Source: Spirogloea muscicola (Eukaryota). From it: DNA of 64,000 nt. Location of the stretch: positions 246,715 through 310,714 of the forward strand of contig WELB01000022.1 of NCBI GenBank assembly GCA_009602725.1, read 5' to 3'. A program made the translations under genes and the position numbers. Under the pieces are notes generated by a model. It had not been told where the DNA came from, made no database searches, and saw only the letters and a list, made by a program, of their open reading frames with translations. Positions within the stretch are counted from its first letter, which is position 1; the number at the start of each line of letters is the position of its first letter. Below, in pieces: positions 37,901 through 49,400 of the stretch.

Positions 37901-39516
37901 CTTCTGATTGGTAATCATTAATATGTAGCACTGGTGCACACATGCCATGAGCAAGGCGCAATGGTGAACACTGATGCTCACAGTCATGAAACAGCACGTG
38001 GGGAGAACCCTACCGTGACCTTCACCCCACAGTAGAGATGTTCGGCAAGATGGTACGCGAGACCAATGTTGACTGGCACCGGTGGTGGTTTGCCCAGGTC
38101 TATCCCTACCTTCACAAATCTGGTTCTGCCCCATATCAGTGCTTGCTTGGTATCAGCATGTGAAATGCGAACAGACTTGGCAAGCTGTCACTCTCATTAA
38201 GTTATCCCTGCACTCTCAAGTTGCAACACATACAGTATGAGTCAGAGCTCCATGCAGAGATGAATGACCTGCAACTAATCTCAGGTGCAACCTGAGCACA
38301 TTGAAAGGCTGTCTTTGTCTCTTGCTGCAGGTCACACGATACCTCACTAGGTATCCGTCTGAAAGACTCTGCTTGCTCCTCAATCGAGCACGACATGCTG
38401 CTTTTGGCACAGAGGCTGCTTTGGATGCTGCAGCAGTACTTCAGGCCGAATGGCCAGAGGTTATGCTCTTTATTTTGTCATGACCAAGCTGGACGTGCAT
38501 TCACCTGCTGCTGTGGCACTGCCACGACGCTATAAGCCACAACATCTATGTCTTCTGTCACACAAGATTGTTACCTTGGCTTTACATCTGCTGCACAGTT
38601 ACAGCCTGGACCACACTGTTCACATGCATAAGTTTCACCCATTCATCTGACATTTTCAACCAGTACGATGTGTGTATGACGTGAGGAAGAAGCTATGCTC
38701 CATCGTTGCTCCTATGGGTGCACTAAGATTGTTTAACCTTTGCCTGACATGGGCACATCAAGATCACTGGCAGCAGCATAGATTCTTGCTTGCAACTAGT
38801 GCGTAATGGTTCCAAATGTCTCTGTATCTGCAGGTTGATGCTCCAGTTGTGGGGGAGGCGGAGGAGGTTGTCTGGCGCCTCGCAGACCCTTGGATGCCCC
38901 CCATCATCAGTGTGCATGTGAGACAAGGGGATAAATCTCAGGAGATGAGGATCGCAGAATTTGACGAGTACATGGTGCTGGCCAATCGCATTCGCCGCAG
39001 ATATCCACATGTCAAGAGTATCTGGCTTTCGACCGAGATGCAGGTCAAGTCTCCAACTCCTGCGTGCAGACATCAAGTGTGCTACCATGCATACCTTCTG
39101 AGTGCCTGCTGCGCTTCTTAGTACTTATCTGCGCTACAGACATACTGATGAGGATTTTGCAACACTGCACAAGCTGCGCTCTGACTGGAACTTGCATGAT
39201 GCGCAAACTTTGGAACCTGTATCAAGTGCAGACTGTGGTTGATGAAGCGCTTAAGCAAGAGGACTGGAAGGTCTACTTCACAAATACCTCTAGGCAGGCT
39301 CACGATGGTGAAAGCATCACCCGCCATGAGCACCACATAGTTGGGAGGCAGGCCAGCCAGGAGAATGCTTGGGTGAATCTGCTGATAGCGGCGGATTGCA
39401 ACTACTTTGTGGGCGCCCTGGGCTCGACATGGTCGGTAATGATTGACAACCTTCGCGTTACAAGCGGCAAGCAGATGTCTGCCATCCTCACCGTCAATGG
39501 TGATCGATTCTGGTAG
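34902..39516 (+). CDS. Alpha-1,6-fucosyltransferase-like (GT23) type II membrane protein, paralog 1
   Basis: N-terminal TM (LVVITLLVILAPLNLYLLL), coiled-coil stem, GPYPPW|VRGSDEDNL...QRDLWLIQHP, SVHVRQGDK, IWLSTEMQ, VNLLIAADCNYFVGALGSTWS. Confidence 0.85.
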
Positions 39517-40650
39517 CATGCAAGTCTGACTTGGGATGCCTTCAATGTTCCCCTTCACTCGTGCTTAATCTGTTGACATGCAGCCACTTCCCCCTTTAGC
39601 ATAGGTACCACATAGTCCGAAATCATAGAAAACAGGCATAGAAAACACCCAAAATAAACGTAGTGGGATTGAATTCGTTGCAGCTTTGAAGTAGCTGTAG
39701 CTGCTGTGATTATGCTCTCACCAGCCAGGAGTTGGCTCGATGAGAGCCCTGCCCTCAGTTGTGCTGGTTGTGCATACATGATTATGGAATGCATAATTAA
39801 GCATGGGTAGTGCCCACTTTTCATTATTCTCATCAATTGCAGCGACCTTGTAGGAATATCTGTGGCACCACAGGGTCTCTCTTGGAGGTTATGTGCAGCA
39901 GGGTAGGATTCTGCAGTTATATGTGTTGTGGAAAAGCTGCTTGCCATTGCACTTATGAGGAACTTGAACATGAAATGGATGAATCTACCTCTGCAGGCGA
40001 AGGCAACCCGGCTCACATGCAGTCATGCGTTATCTGAGAACATGGTACAAGCAATGCCCTGATTGACAATGTGATTGCAAGATGCTAAAATAATGGCAAA
40101 CTCCGAGAACCCTGGCCGTCACTCGCCGCCACTACTGGCGCAATGGGCGTGGCCGACGCCAAGCAGCACCTCAGCGAGGCCCTGAGAGGTGGCGCTGACC
40201 GCCAGTGGCAGCGTGGCGCTGCAACCCGGCTGCGAGAGCAGATAAATGGCGCTGTCGAGGCGCACGCTATTGGGACCAGGCCGGGGTGGCCCTTAGAGGC
40301 CTCTGGCACCCATGTGGACAGCGGTCCACTGCCTTTGCTGCTGCCGCGGCTGCTTGCTGCAGCTCGTCCTGCCGCCACCATCTCAGTGGCGGCACAGCAT
40401 GCCAACCACCACAGTCTTCAGCAGAGCCATCAAACCAAGAGGCAACATGGCGCAGCTGACAAACATTGCGGTTAAGCTTGCATGGGAAAAGCTTGTGCTC
40501 CTGTTCCACCTGCCCATGTGGCACTGGTGTAAATGTACAAGCTGACCTCAAGCTGACCGCCAAATGATGAAGTCCTTTGCAATGCGGGAGCCATCTTTCA
40601 ACAACTTTAAGTGCAAGGTGTGCTTTGCAGAGGCGCAATGTGCGCAGCTA

Positions 40651-43567
40651 CTAGCCCTCAGAGTAGTCCAAAGTGAGAAAGCCCCTTTTGAGTTTGCCGC
40701 CCGTTAGCCGCAGCTCGTTGATGAGGCGGTTCCAATTGGAGGCGAGCGTCCCTATGAAGTAGCAGCACTCGGAGGCAATGACCAGGTTGACAAAAGCGTT
40801 GCCCACTGCGTCGGCGAGGCCAACAGATTGCTCATAGTCCTGGACAGACAAGGAGAGGTTTGTCAGCCTGGGAAACTCTGTTGCGAAGACGGTCCAGCCT
40901 TTCACCACCTTTGCAGCATCGACCACGCTCTGCATAGGTCAAGATACCACAATTCCAGGTCAATATCTCTCTTTGTGAGAGTAAAGAGCAGAATATATCT
41001 CGTACAGACTCATCTATACGTTCTGCAAACTCTCGTTCAATGTGTCCTTCTACACCTTACTGCTAAGTACTTCAAAATGGCAAGTCTGTGCAACTGGTCA
41101 CTGACTGCACATTCAATACTGTGCTCATATGAGCATGTTGCTCTTCCCTCTTGTTCAGAATAAGAAGCAACATCATCATAGAAAGCAGTTGAGACCATGT
41201 GGCACCTGTGAGGCATCCGCAGACATTAATGAAATGACATGAGCCAACACTCAGCTTGTGCACCTGCATCTCCGTGCCGAGCCAGGCGTGTGAGATTCCT
41301 GGGTCATGAAGCCGCAGCCGCTCGGCAAGCTGCAGGTGTGCGTCCAGCGAGAAGAGCTCGGCCTCCTGCCACTTGTCGCCCTGCCGCACGTAGATCGACA
41401 CTATGGGCCGCGGCATGTATGCGCCAGCATCCACCCACGCAGTGGTCTCCAGTCCATGCTGGACTGCGCTGGCAAGGTCGAGGCTGAACGACAGCGCAAA
41501 TTTGGAAGCTGGGTCTTCGGTCCCCAGTCTTGCAAAGGCGTCCCGCCGCTCCACAACCGCTTCGCGCTTGCTCGTCCGACGAGGAGGGCACATGGAGTGG
41601 CTGAGCTGGCGTGCCACGGAGCGGCCGAAAGCCCGGTGTCGTGCACGATTGCAGAGGCGGCATAGATACCGCGACGGCCACCGCAGGAGGAAACGTACAG
41701 TTTGCGCACGCCACCAGCTGAGCCGACCGCCCACCTCCTCCGTGGTGTAACTGTAAGCCTTTCCAAGTACTTCCACAGAGGCTGCTGCAGCGGCCAGGCC
41801 GTCGGTGCTCGCGGTGTCGTGTCCAAGCCAGCGGTCAGCTGCATCCCACTCTGTCATGTACCGATCTAGCCCCATCCGTCCAACAAGGACAAAGCGGTCC
41901 TCCGAGTCAAGGTCGGCTGTGTCCGCGAGCAATGACGGCAGCTGTTGCATCGCGGCAGCCGTGCAGTCTGCCGAGGTAGCTGGCCAGAAGTAGCAGTCCA
42001 GGCTTGCCTGATTGTCGCCCTCGCATTCAGCATGTCGGGCCCGCTCGAAGGTTGGCGTCAGCACAAGCACGCGGCCCGACTTTACCACGGCGCTCATAAC
42101 ACCAGAAATCATGTGGATCTGCGAGCCTATGCCGTGGCCGTCCGCGCTCGGCCAGGCCAGGAGCGCCATCCTGACGCTTGGTGCAAAGCAGTCGACTGGG
42201 TGCTGCTGCACCCAGAGGTCCCGCTGGACCTGGCGTGTCAACAGCAGGTTGTCATCATCCCCTCCCACAATCTGCAATACAAGGCCAAGTCCGTCGCCTC
42301 GGTCAATGTTGCATTGGTAAAGGGCTTCTACATCTGTAATCTAGGACTGAGTTTGACTCATCTACTCTCAAAGAAGTCAGCTTTGGATCCCAGTTTCAGG
42401 CATCCGAGGTGGTAGAAGATTGAAAATGAAATCCGATCTTCAACTGCTTACTGCAGGCCCTACCTGCCTAGATACTAAAAACCCATTGCCCACATCTGTC
42501 CTTGAGCCGAGTCTGCAAGGGCCAATTACTGCTGCTCCATATGCCTCACAATTCAACCCATGTCTTTCTGTCACCATGACAACATATGTGACTTTTGCAG
42601 GCTTCCTGGCGGCTCCCTATGAATGCCAACTATTCAGCTTGAAGAGAATGCAGCCTGACATGTTTGGATTGAAGCTAGGGGTTAGGTTGTGAGGATGGGC
42701 TCAGAGGAGTTCTGAGTCTAGACTTAAGCTCATAGCATGCTCAGGCCAACCTCGAGCCAGCACTGCGGTCAAATGGACATCAGCTGCTAAATTTAGGCTT
42801 GGTCTAGGATCTAAAGATCTGGACTTGGGTCAGTACCACAATTGGGGCTCACCCAAGGAGGATGGGGCCCCAGCGGGCCGTCAAAGGCCCAGGCCGGAAG
42901 GCCACCATTGCTGTCGCGCCTGTCCAGTTTCAGGCGGACGCCAGCGAGCCGCTCGCAGTCCTGCCTCAAGAGGGAGCAAGGGGGAAGGCCACTAAGAGCG
43001 GTAGACTTGCAGTTACAAGTCATGAATGCTGCGCTGAAATCTTTAACAATCTGAAGAAGGCTTCTTCGTCTTATTTCCCAGATTGCTCAACCTCATAGGC
43101 AGACTTCATACATACGTGCAACTGCAGCAGCAGCACTCTGCATTGGCAGCCGCAGCCACAGCTGCAGCCACAGCCAGCCACATGTGTGACCAGTACGCAG
43201 CGTGCAGCTGATTGTTGCTGCCAGTCCTGCTTGAGCAAGACTAGACCACGGACTGTGCCGCACGAGGAAGTAGCTCGCAAGCTCTTCAGTTTACCTGCAG
43301 GTGAGGTGCTGAGGGAATCCAATCGAGCTGAGCTTCGTCGCCACTGCTCCAGCCTTGTTCCAGGATGCCATGGTCTCGGGACCACCGAAGAAAGAGCGCA
43401 TCCGCAGTGGATTTGCAGGAGTGCCTGGGGAACAGGGCGGCCCAGAAGCCCGGCGGCTTGGCTGACGGCGGGAGGGCACATCCCAGCAGCAAGGCGCTGG
43501 CTAGCAACGTCTGTGCCACTGCGGCAACAGCGAGTGCCGCTGCAAGCGGCGTGCGCAGCAGTCTCAT
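40651..43567 (-). CDS. Alpha-1,6-fucosyltransferase-like (GT23) protein, paralog 2
   Basis: GPHPPW|IVGGDDDNLLLTRQVQRDLWVQQHP, GHGIGSQIH, WWRAQTVRFLLR, SIYVRQGDK, WLGTEMQ, VNLVIASECCYFIGTLASNW. Confidence 0.87.
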
Positions 43568-44100
43568 CAAAGTCTCTTGCGGCCAACTGCACGCGAGGTC
43601 TGCTGCCAGACGGCACAGCCGTCAGATCGCCCAAATGCAGCCGGAAAGGTATGGTCTTTGCCGTGCCATGGTATTTGGCCCGGATTGTTGTGTCACTAAG
43701 GTGGATCACAGTCGTACTAGACCTGATTTGAAAGTACTCTGCCTGCGCATAGAAGTGGCCAAGCCTTCCTGATGAAAGTCTGTTACGGGTTGGCAGTGTT
43801 TGTAGCATGGGGCTCAATGTCGTGAAGATTGTCAAGCTGTGCCCCTGTGTCTTCACCTCTTGCGTGCCTACAACTACAAACCGAGGAAGGGCTTCGATGC
43901 GTCTCACAAAGACGTCAGCCTTGCCTCTCTACGAACATCGACCGACACCGCAACGTCAAAGCGGGACGAGGTGTACGCCTGGTACGCGGTCGGGCGACCC
44001 GGTAGCTTGACGTGCTGGTCCACGACCATCCAGCTGGCCTTGGCAGCTGCTTATGGCCGTCTCACGAGGCTCGCCGTGTCGACAGTCCGGGCCCCGGATT

Positions 44101-44216
44101 TGGGCTAAAATAAATAGCTCTTCCAATGTAAGGCAGTGGCCTTAAACCCTTCCACTGAGTTCCACTCTGCAGCTCCCCTTCACACCCCAGCTTAAACCCC
44201 CCTCCCACTGAGTTCA
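44101..44216 (+). promoter_or_regulatory. Possible site II (TGGGCT) plus telo-box-like (AAACCCT) motifs in a short direct repeat upstream of EMG1
   Basis: TGGGCT at 44101; CTTAAACCC..CCACTGAGTTC occurs twice (~44141 and ~44191). The motifs are short and the telo-box match is imperfect. Confidence 0.3.
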
Positions 44217-44259
44217 TCCAGTCCTTCTCCCCGCGCTGATGGCCTGAGGTGGCGGCGCC

Positions 44260-46259
44260 ATGGCCGCCGGCGCCGCCCTGCCGCCGTCGTCGCCTGAGGC
44301 CGCGACTCCGACCGAGGGCGGCGACAGTGGCGGCGGCAAAGGCGGGGGCGAGGTCATATTCATCCTGGAGAAGGCCTCGCTCGAGGCCGCCAAGGTTGGC
44401 AAGGTGCGCAGAGCAACGCAGGGAGGTGCTGGCTTCTGCGACCCTCCCCCTTGCCGTGAGCTCTTAATGGGCATGAGACGGTAGCCAGCGGGCCCAGGAG
44501 CTGAGGCTGCTTGAGTCGAAGCTCCTGAGCTGCGTCCCAAGTTGCTGTAGCAGGCCGCCGCTTAGCTCTCGTCCCGGAGGCACTGATAGTGCCGTCGTTA
44601 TGTGAGCCTGTCCTCACGAGACGGAGCTTCTTTGCTGCTTTACCGTGTTGTAGACGTACCAGCTCCTGAACTGCGACGACCACGCCAACTTCCTTCGGAA
44701 GCACAAGCGCGACCCTGCCCTATACCGCCCCGACATCGTGCATCAGGTGAGAGCTTACTGCGGCTTGTCGGGCTCCTGACTTGATTGATCAACTTCGACA
44801 GCCCGCACTACGCATCTCACAGCATGAGTTACATTGCTGTGATAGCCTCGTTCTCGGAATTTGTCCTCAGTCAACTGGATTTATCAGAATTCATTCCTGC
44901 TCTACATGAGCAGTTTCTTCTCCTTCGTCAAGCGCTTTCTTGCCCCAGCTTTACAGAGAGTGCTATGTACGAGGACCTTTAACTGTCTGACCTTGATCAG
45001 CTCAGAGGAGGTTCTGACGTGCTGTTAACACGCTGACGGGGTTTTGGTACACATGTGGGCAGACACTGTTGTCCATTCTGGACAGCCCATTAAACAAGGC
45101 GGGATTTCTCAAGGGACTGTACGTGCTGACTGATCGGAACGTGCTCATTCAAGTAAACCCTCACATTCGAATACCTCGCACCTTCAAGCGCTTCTGCGGC
45201 CTGATGGGTCAGTGACCCCGGTACACCCATCCCTTAGCTGTTCTTGTGCCATGCACCTCACTTCTGAAAACATGCGCAGAAACATCTGCATGTTGTACAC
45301 CAGGTCGCAAGCTGGCGTCCAGCTCTGCTTGATATGAAGCTTATCTTTTAGACCCCTTGACTGGAGCCTGGTGGCGTGTTCTTGTTATTGTGTCAAGCAG
45401 TCCAACTGCTCCAAAAGCTTAGTATAAGAGCAACCAATGGCCCAGACAAGCTCTTACGGGTCGTCAAGCAACCAGTCACCAAGTACTTACCAGTTGGTTG
45501 TCGTCGCATAGGTCTGCCCGGAGAACACTTTGCTTGTCATGCAACTCCAGATGCTAAGCATGACAAACCTGATCTTTGCTTGGCTGGGCGGTTTACCCGT
45601 AGAAGGTGACTTAACATCTTGGACAGAATGAGCAGCCCTCCAGGTTGTTACTGCTCAGCAAGGCTTTGACGATTCATGAGCTGGGCTGTTGGTAGGCTTA
45701 TCCGTCAGTGCTCCAAAGGTTGTGACCTTGAGAGACTATGTGGCCGCTTGTGGAAATGCACCTCTTGTATTTGTGGTGAGCTTTGAAGTGAACTGTGTCC
45801 TCCTTGTTTAGTATGCCCGACTCTACATTCCAAGCATCAAGCCTTGTCATGGAGCTTGGAAGCGTGCATTACAATCACTGCAGATCCTGCAGCCGCATGT
45901 TCTCTGTCTTTCAGTACAGTACCAAGCGCCGTCTGATTTAGTATTAGTCTAACATTGTATTGATTGACTCGCGAAGGCATATTGTCATCCAGGTAGGTGC
46001 TATGGCCCATGGGAAGATTGAGGCAGATTACACAGACGACTTTGTGGCAGGTGAAGGAAGTCTATTTCCTCCTCTAGTCATGCATGCAATTGCTTGGTAG
46101 GGGGAGGAGTTTTTGCTGCTGGAGAGAGAGAAGAGGGGCTGGGCTAACATCTGCCTTGTGCAATGGTGCCATGCTGCAGTCTCCGAGTACCCTCTAAGTG
46201 CAGCCTGTTGTGTCGGTCGCATATGCAATGCACTGGAGCTTAAGTATGGCATTCTTTGA
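44260..46259 (+). CDS. EMG1: 18S rRNA pseudouridine N1-methyltransferase EMG1/NEP1 (SPOUT family), 7 exons
   Basis: [75 protein letters not shown]. Confidence 0.96.
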
Positions 46260-46494
46260 TTTGGTCATTGGACGTCAAATTGTTAGCGTGTCATCTGAAG
46301 ACAGACCCGACCTGTACAAATTAGGGACAGGCCTCCCCATTCAATTTATTCATTTGCTTACATAGCTTAATTATTCTCTGAAATGCATAGTCATGAAAAA
46401 TCAGCTTAGCAATGTGGCATGTCAGTCAGGTGTGGTGAGTATGGCGGGTTGAAGGAGGGGCGCCTTGACAGAAACTCCTCCACACACAGAGCAA

Positions 46495-49400
46495 AGGCTG
46501 TGAACGGCCAGCCCGAAAAGAATTAAAAAGGTCCGAAGTGGCCAAAGCGTTGTCTCAGACCTTGGGTACGATGGATCACTTAGTTACCACGAGTGAGGAG
46601 CCGCCAATCTGAAAGACTAGCAGCCGGAAAAAATCCCCCTGACGAAAGCCAGAGTCTGCAGCTAGAGCACGGCCAACACGCAGGTGCAAGAGGGGGGCCA
46701 TGGACCGCCGGAAGGAGATGGAAACGCGCATGTGACAGACTTGAGCTAGCGAGCCAGCGGCATTGAAGTCAGCCTGCTCACCTCGCCTGTGTTGAGCTGG
46801 GCAATTCGTTAGTACCCAATCAGGGCTAAGCGAAAGCCCAGGACCCGGAGCATTACCGTCGTCACTCAATTGGGGCTCGAGCGATGGAGAAGCGGCGCTC
46901 TTGGAGAGAGTGCCGCGCTCCTTCTCGCCTTCTTGCCCATGGCGGCGACGGCGGCCGGGTCCGGCAGGAAGCAGGCCGGCAGCTGACTCAAGGCAGGTGC
47001 CGTGGGCGCTGGCAAGCAAGGAGGAGCAGTGGGCAAAAGGAGGACGGTGGCTCCTGTTAAGGGGAAAGAGCTTCTGCTCACCGGCCCCCCTTTGTATAGA
47101 TTGAATGAATGCAAGACACACGGGCACAGTGGGTCCCGGCGGGTCAGCCCGCTGGGGGCCCGAGGGGGCCGGCTGCAGAGCCAACCCAAAGGTGTCCGTT
47201 TAAAAGGACGACACTACAAAAACACTGCAGAACGCAGAGACGAAGCAGAGGGAAGCTCAGTACCCACGAGTGAGCAACATCAGGTCTGAGTAGCTCGCTG
47301 CAGGGAAAGAGGCACTCCGTCCGTTTAGCTAGGCAGGGGCCGGCTACAGAGTCGGCTCGAAGGTGCCCGTTAAGCTAGGGAGTCCACAGGTGTGAGACAC
47401 AGTCTCACACGTTTGATCTGCCTGCGTGTCACCCCGATGATCCGGGCAAGCCGCCCCCCGGAAGCGACAGGTGCTTCCCTAAGTGGGACACTTCAGTAAT
47501 AAGAAGGCTAAATGGAAGGAGCTAATGCATTAAAAGAGAGAAGGCGCGCGGTGCGCATGAAATTGAAAGGGAGGCCACTTCAAGCCTTACAAATGACCTG
47601 TTAACTGGGTAATGAGCTGGCTAAGGGGGACACTAATATCCCCGAGTGAGCACATGCATATCTGACAAGCTAAGCTGAGGCGCCGAAACCAAATAAAAAC
47701 AAACAGCCTGCGGGACACAGCGCGCCGCGCAAGCCGTGTGATGTTCCCACTTACTGTGAGATTTAAACCTCCGCGGTCACACTTCCCTGGTTGGCACGTG
47801 ACCAACCCAGGCCTGGCAGGTGGTTCCGCACGAGGGCCTCGGTGGCTCGGTGTCCACCCGAGCGCCTCGTACAGGTGTGACCCCTCGGCGTGGGCCCGGT
47901 CCGACAGGTCGCCACCCCCCCCGGCGTCGGCCTTCCGACAAGTCGGCCCCCCTCGGGTTGGGCCTCGTGCCTCTCGTGCGGCCCGCCCCCCGGGGTGGGC
48001 CTTGGGGCGACCCTCTTGCGCCCCTGGAGGGGGGCCCGCACGGAGAAGCACTACAGTCTGGGGCAGGGACTGGACAGGGATTCGGACGGTGAAGCCCAGA
48101 GAGAGAGAGGCCCTTGCTGCTGCCGACTGCCGCAGCCGTTGCCGGCAGGACGCTGCCGGCTCACTGGGAGGCGACCATGGCTGGCCCTTGGGGGGCTAGC
48201 TGCTGGGTGGTGCCCAGGAGGTGGAGACGCTGCCTGGTGGCGGCGCCACAGGGCCAAGTCTTCCGCTGCGCAGATGCGCGTGTGCTTCATCGTGGAGGGG
48301 GTTTGCTCCTGACCACTTACAGCCCGATCAACAAAGACAACTCACCCCTAACTGCGTGTGTAGGGATGGGGTGTTACAAGCCGGGCCAACAGGTCGAGCC
48401 ACTGGGACTTGAAAGCCCCGTGCACATCCACGGCCAGGGGTACGAACTCGTCCCCTGCCGGGGGGATCTGCGTACTTCACCGCCTTGCTGCGAGCGGCAT
48501 TCGCCGCAGCATGGCCAGCCCTGGAGGCAGAAAGCCCCGGATTGGAACGGTCCACCACATCGGTGGTGACAACAGCGGCGATGACGCGCGGGCTACCGCC
48601 CGGCGTGGTGGCCACCAGGTCGACAAGCCGAGTGCGGAGTCCGTCCGCCTTCTGCAAATAAGGCATGAAGGACGTACTTTTCAGTGCCACAGTGTACCCA
48701 GCTTCCACGAGATTGCCGAACATGGCATCCCTGAGGAGGTCACGGGCAGCAGTACACTCGCCTCCGGTTGCGCTGCGGAGGACGTGCGCTGCCAGCTCCG
48801 TCTGATCTGCCGACCAGACGAGCAACTGACAGCCGGGTAGAAAGTGAACCCATCCAACGAGAGAAGGCGCGCGGTGCGCCTGAAATGGAAGTGTGGCCAA
48901 TTCAAGGCAACACACTGTTCACGAATGAACGAGGGCTGAGAAGGCGGACAACATGGACCAAGGGTGCCTGCCAAGTAATCGAGAGAAGGGCTTGCCCGTT
49001 GAGGATAGGGGCTGGAAAAGCCAGCGCAAAAAAGAAAGAACAAAGTACGAGAAGGGGCCAGGGGAACCACAAAGTAAAACAAGCACAAGAAGAAACTAAG
49101 CAGAGCCACAGTGACCCCAGCCCCCCCGGCTCCTGCCTACCGGCCTTCTCCCCGCGCCGCCGCAGCCACGGCGGCTCGTTCTCGCTCGCTCGCGGCGCGC
49201 GGCTCGTATGCACGACCAGCTTCGCCGGGCCCTCCCGGGCTTTTCGGGCTGGCTTTTCACATCCCTCGCCACTTTTGGCCACAGAGAGAGGAGCCGCGCG
49301 GAGCGGCGCGCGGAGCGCAAGAAATGAAAGGGAGGCCAAATCAAGCCAAGGAATATTTCAGGCAGAGTCTAGGGCAAACTAAGCCCAATACTAAGGTGCC

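Noticed and set aside
43570..44108. ORF 43071..43907 (278 aa, minus) and ORF 43839..44108
   Set aside because: The first overlaps the first exon of the fucosyltransferase paralog in another frame; neither shows a family signature.
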